From: Tubiluchus corallicola
Taxonomy: Eukaryota > Animalia > Priapulida
Assembly: GCA_030141605.1 (NCBI GenBank)
Contig: JAQGDQ010001163.1
Location: forward strand, 1-58,090
Reading direction: 5' to 3'
DNA: 58,090 bases
The notes under the pieces were generated by a model that was given only the letters and a program-made list of their open reading frames with translations, was not told the origin of the DNA and searched no databases. Numbering within the stretch: the first letter of the stretch is position 1; each line of letters opens with the position of its first letter. Below are positions 37,415-49,399 of the stretch, piece after piece. The translations under genes were made by a program, and so were the position numbers.

Positions 37415-39823
37415 TTAACGGAACGTTTTTATGTGGGGCCAAATGTATTCTTGCATGACCCTATTTGTCGTTTTATTGATACCTAAATGGCCTGCAAGCA
37501 AGCCATCGTGTGCAAGTTCAAGTACTTCTTGGCGACGTGGACGGGGCAGAACAAGCAGCTCTCGTGAGACCAAATGTTTGTTTGGCTTACAAAGATAAAA
37601 CAATAGTCCATTGCGTAGGAAATATCCTTTGTCAGCTTTGTAGACGTCATCAGGCTGTAAAGCATGATCAAAAAGGTTACGCAGAGTTATGTCATCTCTC
37701 TGCTCTTTCTCTAATTGTTGAATATTTATTCTCAGCAACTGATCCTCTAGCTGCTGTTCCAAATGTGCCTCATCACCATTAGAGGCTGGCGAACTTAAAG
37801 TTTGTCGCTGTAAAACCATATCTCGATCGGTTTGTGCTTTTAAACGAGCAGCTTGTGCACGAGTCGTAGCAAAAACAGAAGCGGAGGAGGTTTTATCTGT
37901 TTTACAATTGGCTAGGTTAGGCTGTCCTAGACTAACTGCATTGCTTGTATCAACCTTCAGAGCTTGCTGCTGTTTTGTCAGACTTTTGCGTGGTTTGGGG
38001 ATTGGACGCAAAACAGTAAGATCATCATTGCCTAACAAAAAACTGCATGGTAGGTCAGGGTTGGTGCTAACAGTTAACATACCAGAAAAATCTGGTGCCT
38101 CAATTTCTACTTCGGCAAGTTGGCAAGTCATTACCTGACCAGATACGGTCTTGATCTTGCGAGGAGGTTTTTCCAAATATTGATCAGGCCGTACGAAGTG
38201 TGGTTGAATCATGCTGCTTCTTGCTCCAGTGTCTCGCTGTCCCCTAAGCCATTTGCCATTGACTTTGGCTACAAAGCAAAATGGTAAAGTATGATCTGGA
38301 ACATCACTGAAGTCAACTAAATCGGAATCCTCTGATTCATGTGACTGACCAAAGTATTGCTTGCCAGCTGAGTACGGATTCTTCTTGTCACGTGACTCAA
38401 CTGCATTGCGCGATTTACACTCGCTGCGCCTGTGGCCAACTTTCCCACACGAGTAACATCTGATGCCTTTCGCGCTTCCACCACCACCAGTACCACCCTT
38501 ATTCTCACCCGGGTTTCTCTGAGTGGTATGCTGGGTTGACTTAACAAGTTTGGTTGAAGGCAGAAAACTTTTAGCAGAAATGACCTGGTTCGATGCAAGA
38601 AAATGATCTGGTTTCTCAGCCATATCACTAACCGTTTTACATTGCTGCCTTTGAAGCCATGCTGATAAGTCCCGAGGCATGTGGTACAAAGCCTGTTCCA
38701 TCGCCATTGCCTCGAATAAGCCGTCAAATGTGCTAATGCCAGCAGCATCGACGTATTCCTTTAGACCTTTGTCCAGACGTCTAAACATTTGACGATATGT
38801 TTCATCTCTCCGCTTAACTATCGCTCGAAAAATCTCCAAATAAACACCTTCTGACAGAACGTATGCTGAAAGTATAGCTTTGCGAACTATGTCATAGTTC
38901 CGAAGTTCTGTTATGCCGACTTGATGAAAAGCTGCTGCTGCTCTTCCTGACAATGCAGGCCCTAGAGATGCTGCCCATTGAAAGCGTGGTATCTCATTAG
39001 CAGAGGCTGAATGTTCGAAGCGGTCAAGAAATGATTGTATGTCTTCCTCTGCTTCAACAAAGCGCTTCAGCATTTTTAAGCGCTTAGCCTGAGGGAGTGC
39101 AGGACTAGTGGGCAGTCCAGCTGGTGAGCTAGCCCCAAGTTCCAATTCCATTTTCCGTATGTTTAGTTGTGTCATTCGGTGTTCATGGTCCATCTTCATG
39201 GACTGCAGCTGGATGAATAATTGGGCTGCATTATTGTCCAATTTAGATAAGGTTTCAAAAGAAAGATCATGAAAGCTTTCTAAAACCGAAGCTGATGCTT
39301 CATCTGAGGGGGTAGGTTTAGTTAGGGAATCACCGACGGAAAACTTGTGGAAACTGGGTCCTTGTTTAGCCGTAATGGACGTCTCCGTTAGGGCTGCGCT
39401 AGGTTTCATTGCCTTTGGCTTCACACCACCAATTTCCATTCCTTGCCTCATAGATTTGACGTGAGGTGTACCCGTAGGAAATTGCTGACGTTTGTCTTCT
39501 TCTGCTTCCATAAATTCTTCTTCGCTAACACCCGATTGCCCCGGATCCCGAACAGCGCCAAGATTAAGTCCAGAGTCAATATCAGGCATCCCGATATCTG
39601 GATCCTCCCCTGCATCAGCATCGCGGAATCCATCTTCAGACACGCCTGTCTGTTGTAAAAAAGTTGCTGTCTCCTGCAGTATAAGAGTTATTAAATCTTT
39701 ACAGGTAGTTTCAGGCTCAAAAGGAATCGAAAATTGCCTAGCAATTGTTTGTAGTTCCGATTTCCGTAGCTTGGCTAAACCGGCCTGTGTAAGCTTATGT
39801 TGTACTGCAGACATGATAAACAA
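37415..39823 (-). CDS. gag-pol: Gag (SCAN-like capsid region, CCHC knuckle), aspartic protease and integrase zinc-binding region; ends at a frameshift
   Basis: CYSCGKVGHRRSEC, RDTGARSS...FLLGND, and LAHDGLLAGHLGINKT...YIWP. The C.TCQ half of the HHCC motif is in the next frame. Confidence 0.92.
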   Translation of the reverse strand: MFIMSAVQHKLTQAGLAKLRKSELQTIARQFSIPFEPETTCKDLITLILQETATFLQQTGVSEDGFRDADAGEDPDIGMPDIDSGLNLGAVRDPGQSGVSEEEFMEAEEDKRQQFPTGTPHVKSMRQGMEIGGVKPKAMKPSAALTETSITAKQGPSFHKFSVGDSLTKPTPSDEASASVLESFHDLSFETLSKLDNNAAQLFIQLQSMKMDHEHRMTQLNIRKMELELGASSPAGLPTSPALPQAKRLKMLKRFVEAEEDIQSFLDRFEHSASANEIPRFQWAASLGPALSGRAAAAFHQVGITELRNYDIVRKAILSAYVLSEGVYLEIFRAIVKRRDETYRQMFRRLDKGLKEYVDAAGISTFDGLFEAMAMEQALYHMPRDLSAWLQRQQCKTVSDMAEKPDHFLASNQVISAKSFLPSTKLVKSTQHTTQRNPGENKGGTGGGGSAKGIRCYSCGKVGHRRSECKSRNAVESRDKKNPYSAGKQYFGQSHESEDSDLVDFSDVPDHTLPFCFVAKVNGKWLRGQRDTGARSSMIQPHFVRPDQYLEKPPRKIKTVSGQVMTCQLAEVEIEAPDFSGMLTVSTNPDLPCSFLLGNDDLTVLRPIPKPRKSLTKQQQALKVDTSNAVSLGQPNLANCKTDKTSSASVFATTRAQAARLKAQTDRDMVLQRQTLSSPASNGDEAHLEQQLEDQLLRINIQQLEKEQRDDITLRNLFDHALQPDDVYKADKGYFLRNGLLFYLCKPNKHLVSRELLVLPRPRRQEVLELAHDGLLAGHLGINKTTNRVMQEYIWPHIKTFR

Positions 39824-40596
39824 TTTTTATCTATGACAATAGTTATTATTATAATTATGTATCGACGTGAAAAAGTAACACAAAGTTGATTGTAGTAGAT
39901 CCAAATGACTTCTACTATACTTATTTTATTTATTGTATTGCACGCTAGTAATTGCCGTGTATATAGTAATGTTTTGTATTTTAATTTGTCCGGATATTTT
40001 ACTTAACCCCGCAGAATCTGTGTATCTACAAAAACGTAGTATACCAGTTATACAGTCAATGCTCTAAACGCAGCATACGTATATCACGCACAATATGCAC
40101 ACAACAAATCAAGGTTAAACAGTATTCAATCATGCACAGTTTCGAAATGACAGACTCAGCGTAGCATTCTAGCACAGAAAATTTGCACAAAAATAATAAA
40201 CTTACCGATACTATAGCGTAGTAGTGGTTTCACTTGCTATGAACACCAAGGTTGGCCTCCCGCAATAAATTTTTGTCACAATTTTCGACAGCTAGAACGT
40301 TATTGCTTTGTAAACTCAAACTGCACTCGATTATTTACGAATTGAAATACCTGCAAAATATTGTGCGTTAGAAGCAATCATATACACTGTAAACTAAATT
40401 TTAGTGAAAACTTTGTCACAAAATTGTACCGTTATAAGAAGGCTGAAACTCATATAAATTAGTCAACAAGAGATAAATGAGTGATCAACAAGCATGAAAA
40501 CAACGATTAACTCCTATGGTTATCGAAAAGCCATTTTCTCTATGAAAAATAGACCGTTTCCTACATTCTTAGAGAAAAATAAACGCAACAAGGACT

Positions 40597-40608
40597 CTTC
40601 TGACACCA
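40597..40608 (-). promoter_or_regulatory. Primer-binding site, tRNA-Leu type
   Basis: TGGTGTCAGAAG, one base inside the 5' LTR boundary. Confidence 0.85.
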
Positions 40609-40609
40609 A

Positions 40610-41675
40610 TGTAGTGGTTTGTGGTATTAAAGCTATTATATTATAATTGATCTAGGGTTATTTAGTATCAAAGTCTCAAATCCAAATTTACTTACATGTC
40701 AGGGTAATTATTTCTACTAATTTCATCACCAAGCGTTTGGGTTCATGTTGGGGCAATTCTCCTATAGGACTCGATTATTTGACTAAATATAATCATTGAG
40801 TTGTTAATCGTAAAAGTGTTTTCACAAACTTTTAAATAGAACTATTAAACACCTGGATGTTGTGCGAATCATACAGTATATTATTGAACAAGAACAAAGC
40901 AAAGAACAATTGTACATACAGGAGAAAATAATACCTACTGGGCCCAGATTTAACAAGTAGCAAGGAGTATACTCATGTTTATACGTAGTTCCCGATGGCC
41001 GGCTCTTCCAGGATGCACCAAGGACGGTTCACAGTCCCAAATCCACGATCCTGTACTGGAATAAGGAGGATGCTCCGCCATGTAGCCGATCCATGAGTTC
41101 TGACACGCCACAAGTAGTTTAATCTGGAATCGTAGTCGCATCTCTGCGTCTCCTCTACCGCCGAATAGCGTAACCAGGAGGCTGTGGACTCCACCACTAT
41201 GTAAACACTCCACCAATGCTCCGAAAGTTTCAGAATTCCTCACAGGGTGAGTTGTCCAAGAACTCCTCTAAGTGAAGAAGTATGACGAGGCAATTACCTC
41301 ACTCCTGAGTCGTGCTAGTGCTACGTAAAGGTTGTCGATACGTCATTGTGCATTTAACTGTTGTCTCTCACAGAACAACTAAATTTTGCCATTAAGGCCA
41401 AAATAAAACTCATAGACAAAACATGTCTCAAAACATATGACGAACAAAAGAAAAGTACCAACTATGTCGACCAGGTAAAAACGACCTGGATAGACATCCG
41501 TTCAACACAAAACTCGGTACCTGAATCAATTGGGTAAAAACATTAGCCTAGACAGAATGACCTTGTATATAATGCATAGTATCCAATGGCTTCTATACTG
41601 TTCAAATCTTATAGTGATGAATGGCCCTGTATATCGGCCAGTTAGCTAGCGGTCATGCATCACATGGCCGTGACA
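40610..41675 (-). repeat. 5' LTR (1066 bp)
   Basis: Direct repeat of 33569..34635, followed on the minus strand by the PBS. Confidence 0.97.
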
Positions 41676-41689
41676 CCCATATACTTCAC

Positions 41690-41706
41690 TATATATATAT
41701 ATTGGT

Positions 41707-41755
<49 letters not shown>
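41690..41755. repeat. (TA)n microsatellite
   Basis: Direct inspection. Confidence 0.9.
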
Positions 41756-41758
<3 letters not shown>

Positions 41759-41871
41759 ACCTAAAAATGTCATGAGCCTGTCGAATTTTAACTGCTATTG
41801 AGAAAATAAAATTAAATTGAATTGCTAGCTTTTTAGCCTAGTCTATAGACTGGAGTCTTTCATTTACTTAC

Positions 41872-42053
41872 CTTCTTAATATGTCCTAGTGAAGTCTTAA
41901 ATTTTGTTTTCATTTTCATTATTTGGTGAATTTCCTCGCATCTCAGTAACTTGTGGCACTTTGTCATGTTAGCCAATGAAAAATATCCTCGACGACACAG
42001 CAAAAAATATTCAGTTGCATTAGTCACGTAACTCCATGAACAATGAACCTTGC
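41872..42053 (-). CDS. POMK-like gene, upstream coding exon
   Basis: TTTTTATATTTTTAG|GC...AAGAAG|GTAAGT. Encodes CRRGYFSLANMTKCHKLLRCEEI...SLGHIKK (compare the POMK Cys-rich CP.GHF....C.PWL.CEE segment) and joins in phase 0 to FYKAKW. Confidence 0.85.
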
Positions 42054-42279
42054 CTAAAAATATAAAAATGCTACCTTCAGAATTAAGCCTACTACATGTT
42101 TTAATTTTCAAAGCAGCAAAGCATTATGCAATGTTACGTTAATCTTTTGCTGTTTCACACAACAACAAAATTGATTTGTTGTTAACAGTCTAGATAAAGC
42201 CTCTATTAATGTTTTATTACTGCAGTTGAATAAACCAGACTAGGCATTCAAGGAAGTCGTCTACAGTTTACATCATCTT

Positions 42280-42752
42280 ATCCATCTGGATGATCTCGGT
42301 ATGTAAGCTTTATGGGTAATACAACTAAAACATTCTTCTTGGCTCACGGGGTGCCACAAGGATCTGTGTTAAGACTTTCCAATTTTACGATATTCTACGG
42401 TTTGTGTCATCTTTTTTATCTGAACGATCTCGGTGTGTAAGCATTGAGTGTAAGACTTCTAAAAGTTCCCCTTGGCTCATGGGGTGCCACAAGGATCTGT
42501 GTTAAGACTTTCCAATTTTAAGATATTCTACGGTTTGTGTCATCTTTTTTATCTGAACGATCTCGGTGTGTAAGCATTGAGTGTAAGACTTCTAAACGTT
42601 CCCCTTGGCTCACGGGGTGCCACAAGGATCTGTGTTAAGACTTTCCAATTTTACGATATTCTACGGTTTGTGTCATCTTTTTTATCTTAACGATCTTGGT
42701 GTGTAAGCATTGAGGGTAAGACTTCTAAACCTTTCTCCTTAGATCACGAGGT
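42280..42752 (+). repeat. ~133-bp tandem repeat (~3.5 copies) derived from a LINE RT fragment
   Basis: GATCT anchors at 42292, 42426, 42559 and 42692. Each full unit encodes HGVPQGSVL. Confidence 0.88.
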
Positions 42753-42847
42753 GCATGACTATCATTGTTTTACTAGAGCAGTTATACTGGTACCTATCTA
42801 TTATAGAGCACATTTCAAATTGCCAACAATAGTAAATATTACCTCAC

Positions 42848-43071
42848 CGTTTTCCATTCTCAGTTTTTTTTTTTTGCTAAACGTTTTGCAAAAATTCTTT
42901 GCCATTGCGCACGTAGATCTGTCCTACCTGCTCTGTCTGATACCTGTGAACGTGGTGGTTTAATGGATGAGGTTTCGGAAACTGACTTCTGGCATGTTGT
43001 ATTCGAACAGTCCAACTTCGCTCTCTTATAAATGGTTAGTTTCTTAAGGTTGTGCTGACGCTCTAAGGAAT
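42848..43071 (-). CDS. Probable further upstream exon of the POMK-like gene (reading frame ambiguous at an A12 run)
   Basis: TGTTTTATTTCAG|AT...AAAACG|GTGAGG; the phase-1 donor fits the next exon. Either ATG 42905 starts the frame, or the exon is one base short of 225. Confidence 0.55.
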
Positions 43072-44599
43072 CTGAAATAAAACAGATCGTTGAAAACCAA
43101 AGGACAAATATAAGTTAAAATCAATGAATTCAGTGAATAATAAGTTATGCTAAATATTGGCAGTATTTGCTTCCATTGAATTCGGCAGCCTTGTGTCTAC
43201 TTTAGGCCTAATCAGTTGACTAATTTGATCTGGGTCAGTAGTCTTCTGAATTTTGTGAATTTAAGATATGTTATAATGAGTTTATAAGATATTGTATTTA
43301 TGAGTCTACAATTGCTCATGATCTGAGGCTAATAACGTATGTTTATCATTTAATTTCCTAAAAATTAGTTATTTAGGTAATTGCTATAATAGTTATTAAT
43401 TACCATGATGCTGAGGTGCACTGCTAAATTACATAAAAGCTACCTTTAAAGGTAAATCGAAATAAAAAATTATATTAACTTATAGCAGTTTTATGCGTAA
43501 TTCGTACTAAAGAATTTTTTGTTTGTTTTCATTTTAAATTTCCCCCAATACTATTCCTATGGCGCCATTACATGACGTCATATACGCACAACTTAAATCA
43601 GGGAAGAAAAGGAAATGTTTAACTATGTCCCAAAAAACTTTCCATGAAAAGTTATATTACTTAGCATTTCGCTTACCTGTTGGAAAGACTTAAATAACTA
43701 GAAAAAAAAAATTATTGATTATTTAAAATGTTTTCGCCAATTGGAAAAATGTCGTTAACTCACCTCCAGGGTGCACCGCTCACTAATCAAAAAGCCGCAT
43801 TTTTAATCTTATTGACAAGATACAGTAATTTAAAATTTCACTTAGTTAGTAACGTGTGTACAAATGCTCTGATTATTTTCTCAAACTTTACTCAGTGTTA
43901 ATTATACTTGTTTCAAATAACTTATCACCAAAATGGCTGCGTCTAACGGTCATCGCGGGAGTTCAAATTTGGAAGTTTTTAAGCATCTTGAGAACTGGGG
44001 TAATATGACCACATTTTGGTAGCTTTGAAATAGTTAGGGCTGTTATTATATTATTATTAACGCTTTCTTTCACTTACCAAAATGTGATGCTATTATAAAC
44101 AGTCCGATAACCATCACGCCCATAAGACCATAAAACTGCCTCTTCATGGAAAAAGTTTTTTCCATAGTTTTTTGTTCATCAAAGTCTGCAAAGGAAGGTA
44201 TTTATCCGACCAGAACTAAAAGCAACACAGAAAAAAATTAACAAAGACACAAGAAACATACAGCAAATTAATGTTTTCATGTGATGTTTGCTAATCAGAA
44301 ATTGGACATTTTCCCGATCGAATGATTCAAGTAGCTAACCTTAGACATGAGAACTCTGCAAAAATACTATACAGTGTGTCTATACTATTCAGTCTATACT
44401 ATACTGTACTATATTATACAGTGTGTCTATACTATTCAGTCAATACAATACTGTGACTGTGAAGTATAAAGGTCATTTTGAAAAGTTTCACTGGCGTACA
44501 CGTGTGATTTACATGAATTCTGAGTGGACTTTTAAGGGTACCCGTAAAAACCAGCTCCAATCCAAAACTTAAAGATGACTCATAGTGATCTCCACGTTC

Positions 44600-44763
44600 A
44601 AACACACATACACGCACGCACACACGCACGCACGCACACACACAAACACACATATATATGACATTATATACAACAGTAAATACATAGATACACAAACACA
44701 CATACACGTACACGCACATGCTCACGCTCACGCTCACGCTCACGCACACGCACACGCACACGC

Positions 44764-44837
<74 letters not shown>

Positions 44838-44875
44838 CATTATATACATTACTAAATACATACATATATACATAC
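44600..44875. repeat. Compound microsatellite (CACG/CACGCT/CACGCA/CA/TA)n
   Basis: Direct inspection. Confidence 0.95.
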
Positions 44876-46100
44876 TACAAATAACCTAATGTTAATGTAA
44901 GCATTGTAATTTTATCAAGATATTTAAATATACCGTAATTGCCACATATAAACACCGAACTATATATGTATTTAAAAACTTATAAAACTGTGTTTATATG
45001 TTTTGGCAAAATTCTACATGTTTTTTTTTAAATGCAAATAAGTCAACGTACCAAAACACGAATAGATAATTTTTAGCAATGCAATACGAATATAATGTAA
45101 TATCTTAAGTAAGCATTTTAAGTAAAAACTTTTCACAAGCAGCTAAGCAGATGTTAAGAATCTTGGCTTTGCGTCTGTAGTCATAGAAAATACACACTGC
45201 AGTAACACGGAAAACGTCACTTACTTTTCGGTTTGTAAATCCAGCTGCTTAATGCATTCATTCAGTTTCATGTCAAAGTTGAATATACTAGGTACGTATA
45301 CAGAGGTTGCATTTACCGAAACTTGATCACATCACATGTTGTTGAAAACCGATGAATTAATAATAAAACAACTAGCAACGGCCCCGCAAAAGATTTTGCG
45401 CATAAATACACTTATGCATACACATAATAAAAAATACGCGAACATCCTACATAGTCCTCATAACGCAAAGCCAGTAGCTTTTACTGAATTAAAGTTATAA
45501 GGTTATAAGCAGAGTACAATGGATGACGACAGAACAATGGCTTTGCATCAGCAGTTTTCCAAGCGAAAATCGTGCAAAATGGAACCTCCAATCTTGAAAT
45601 TTCATCTTTGTTGCTGGTGCAAAGGTGAATAATGAATTATGCTAAAATTTTGGCAATATTTGCTTTTCTTGCATTCGGTCACTTTGTAGCGATTTTAGAG
45701 CTAATCACATGATTAGATTGGTAAAATAAAGACCTGTTATAATGAGTTATTAAGATATTGTCATTATGTGTCTTTGCTACAACTATGCTACCATGTTACA
45801 ATCTCTTGACAATTAATGTGATTAGGTGTTACTCAACGTGAATATTACTATGATGTAACTAAGTTGTTGTTTAGACTTTTGAATAAGTAAAAGATCTTTT
45901 CCGATTGCCATAACTCTCATTTTAGTTTTATTCATGAGGCGTAGCAAACACTTTTTCTGTAGCAACAGGACAAGCATTTAAATATTATTAACTTTTAATA
46001 ATACTTATGTTTCGGAAGCGACTCATACTCCTGAGCAAAACAGCACTGCTGCTGCATAGATTCACTTTGTAACCCAATGTACAATGTCATTCAGCCAATA

Positions 46101-46344
46101 CAAGGTTCCCACGGGCAGGGAAAATTCTGGAAAGCCATGGAAAAGTCAGGGACGAAAGATAATTTTGCTATGGTAAATTTCAATTTCTGTTCCAAAAATA
46201 ACAATTAGTCAACACATTATGTAAGTATATGTATGAATGTCCATGCACAAAAATGGTTGAATATGTATACTGGTAGTGCAATTTCTGCTGATCTTGGTCA
46301 TGGAAAAGTCAGGGAAATTTTTTTAACATTCTGTGGGAACACTA
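46101..46344. mobile_element. MITE / non-autonomous DNA transposon
   Basis: Imperfect TIRs CAAGGTTCCCAC...GTGGGAACACTA; internal repeat CATGGAAAAGTCAGGGA occurs twice. Confidence 0.55.
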
Positions 46345-47379
46345 GATATGACTACAAGTCATAGTAGTTTTATTTTCAAAATCCTGATGCTATGGGGGCA
46401 TGTCTGATCATGTAGTTTTTATATGTAAGTTTTTTTCTTTAATTTTCCTAGTCCAATTCTTGATTTTTTTGTGGTTCTTCAGAAAACAAAGCTGAAATTT
46501 CTGGACGAGGATGCGGAAGACAGGAAGAAAGAAGATGAGGAAAAGATGCTGTTGACCCTGGTATGAATCGCTTTGACCTTTTTGATTCATATATTCATTT
46601 GATAAATCTGCACGACAAGATGCAGGTGGAAGTGTTGGATAGACAAATGTGTCCGGGCAAATCGAAATCGTTTAGGGATGCTTTTAGGGCTTCGCAAATT
46701 AAAAAGTATCAAAGTCACGTGATTGGTCTGCAAGTCAAAATTTGTGCCAATGCTTTCGTCACTTTCTTCCTTTTACAACATTTCGCTAGGATCCCGTGTT
46801 TCTCCCCTGCGTAGGTTTAGATGCGCATTTGGTAATTTCTTTCAAAAAATGGAGATGGGGAACAGATCACATGGCATAAGCCAAAGTTGAAAAAACACGT
46901 CCATGTCAATAACTGAAAATCTGCAACAGCTCGAACCACGAAACTTGTTTTGCCAGAACCGACAATAGCTCAATGTGCCCAATAATTCTGTTACGATCTT
47001 TAGATTGAGAATTAATTTTGAAGCAATTATTTGATATAACATTAAAAGCATTTTGTCATTTTTCCTTAGACAAAATTTCTTTTCACTTTACAGCAGCACA
47101 ATCATTTTAACACTAACTGGATAAAAGACCAAAGAAAGCAGTTAATTCTACAGCTAATCCTTTGTTTTGTGAGTCTACTTTCTTCTTATGATAGCATACA
47201 AGAAGCTGCAAAGTAAATTTATTTTTAAATAAAATCTGTAAGATTTGACTTTCCTTTTGCACAATGAGCATCTTTAGCTAATAGATTGCACGATCTTTTG
47301 TCGCAATGTTTTGAGTAAACTCAGTGTGTTTATTCAGCGTCTGTTGCAACATAAATGTTATAGAAATGTTTTAACGAAA

Positions 47380-48152
47380 AATGCTGACAGAAGAAAACGA
47401 TCAGACTTTTCCTGCTTATTAAATAAAAACGGTGATGGTGAAACTCGATGATAAAACTCGTCTGGTCTATCAATTACGTAAAATGCTGAACGAGCAAAAT
47501 GACAAAACTTATCCTGGTTTATCAATTACGTAAAATGCTGAACGAGCAAAATGACAAAACTTATCCTGGTTTATCAATAGCGTAAAAACGCTTACAGTGC
47601 AAAATGACAAAACTTATCCTGGTCTATCAATCGCGTAAAAACGCTGACAGTGCAAAATGAGAAAACTTATTCTAATCTATCAATAGCGTAAAAACGCTGA
47701 CAGAGCAAAACGGTAAAATTTATCCTTATGTGCTGTTACGTAAAAACGCTGGCGGTGCAAAACGGTAAAACTGATCCTTGTCTATCAATGGCGTAAAAAT
47801 GCTGCCAGTGCAAAATTACAAAACGTATCCTGTTCTGTCTGCGGATAGAGCAAGTTGAAACGCTGATAGAGCAATTTTAGCCTGTTTCCTGAGTTAAACG
47901 CTGACAGAGCAAAATGAGATGCAGGTAAAATGATCTAATAGCAGAGTGGAAAATTTACAAAAACACTGTTGCTAATTTTATGTGCAAATTTTACTGAAGG
48001 CATGCATGCAAGGTGAATTCAGCAATGTCCATACAACGAAAATATAAAACAAAATAGAATGTTTTATATTCAGGAATTAAATTAAAAAAAGGTTGTGCAC
48101 AGAAAGAGCATCATGAAAGTAAAAAAAAGGTGGAACTTGTTTTATACCACAC
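47380..48152 (+). mobile_element. Dispersed non-autonomous repeat (52-53 bp array plus unique tail), copy 3
   Basis: About 9-10 units (period 52 at 47471/47523), then a tail shared with copy 2 ending GAACTTGTTTTATAC(C/T)ACACA. Confidence 0.8.
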
Positions 48153-49399
48153 AAACAAAATCAATTAGCAGAAAATTTTTAGCCTGTGTTGCCAAACTAA
48201 CTTATTTGTATCATTCTGGAAAAACATTGAAAAGCCTCACATTAATTATGTTTACTTTTAACTTGGTTGAATTTCCGCTACTGTCAAAAACCAACATGAT
48301 GCTGGTGCCCAGATTTGTCCTAAGTTTTCAATTGATAATTTTTACGTAACTCTAATCCTCACACGAACATATACTGCCGAATGGAGTCCAAAGAGAAACG
48401 TATTCAAAATTGGGCCACCTAAAGAAATATTACTGCTATTGTTAATCAGAAAGTGTTTCTTTTACAAAAAATTGTTAAGTCTAGATCAAAGTTTAGGTTA
48501 TTTTATTTTGCAGAGAAAATGCCCACCGAATTCAAATCAAATGCACACTGAATGAATGTCTTCAACATCATATGACCATTTCGTTTATTTGTGGAAATTC
48601 GGCAGGTAAAATTGTATAATAAAAAAATCTAGCCTCAAGACAGGTAAACACAGCCACAGGACGTGTTACAAATTAACATTATGTATAGTACATAAATTAT
48701 ATAGCGTCCACTTGCGACAAATGCTGTAGTGAAATTATAGTAAAATTTATACTATATGTTATGTTTGAATCTTAAATTCACCATGTTGGATGTTTATGTG
48801 CTGTACAATAGGTTTAGTCCCTTACAGTGTATGTACTAGTAGTGTACTCTTGCAGGCTTGTAATCAGTTAAACTAAGCTGTATTGTAGATAAGCCTGTGT
48901 TACAAATTTTGTTTTTCAATTTCCAAAATTTACAAAGTTAAAATAAGTCAGAAGTTAAGACTAAAATTGTTAATTTAATTTTTCCTCTTTGGATACTTAT
49001 GTATATTCACTAGATTGAAAATCTAAATCCGTTATTCATTAATTTTTGCTTTAATATTTGCATTGTTTTTAATGTATTCCACGGTGAGATATTAGTGTTG
49101 TAATTGCTTATATTCAAAAACAGCAAATCAAAATTAAGCAGTAGCTACTTTAGTTTGAGTTTAGTTTTTGAGATTCTTCAAAGTTTGTTTGTTGATGATG
49201 TTACTAACATGGATGTGTCTAATTGCTGTGGTTTATGTTACAAGTTATTATCCAATGTTCTTATTGCAATTCATATTACCGTCGCAGATGTGTATCTATA
49301 CCAACCTATATTAATAATAATGATCCATTCATGTGCCATTCATGTGTTATGACAATGTCTTTACTTTCTCTAAATTAGATGACTCTGATTTACGTAAAT

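Larger units (their letters stand above)
33569..41675 (-). mobile_element. Full-length Ty3/Gypsy LTR retrotransposon of Gmr1-type organisation (gag-PR-IN-RT-RH), defective, intronic
   Basis: TG...CA LTRs at 33569..34635 and 40610..41675. 5-bp TSD CCCAT (33564-68, 41676-80). PBS TGGTGTCAGAAG, and a G-rich PPT-like tract next to the 3' LTR. Confidence 0.97.

Noticed and set aside
43677-43697. 21-nt micro-exon (TTTTTTTTTCTAG|...CAG|GTAAGC, minus strand) for the kinase gene
   Set aside because: Splice signals look good, but the phase needed to join the next exon gives an in-frame TAA. At most a UTR exon; unsupported without transcripts.
44432-44884. Poly-CV, poly-HA and poly-RE ORFs
   Set aside because: Translations of a compound microsatellite.
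47380-47920. Regularly spaced repeats (also at 3.6 kb, 6.5 kb, 26.8 kb and 42.3 kb) as CRISPR arrays
   Set aside because: Whole units repeat head to tail with no unique spacers, there are no cas genes, and the context is eukaryotic.
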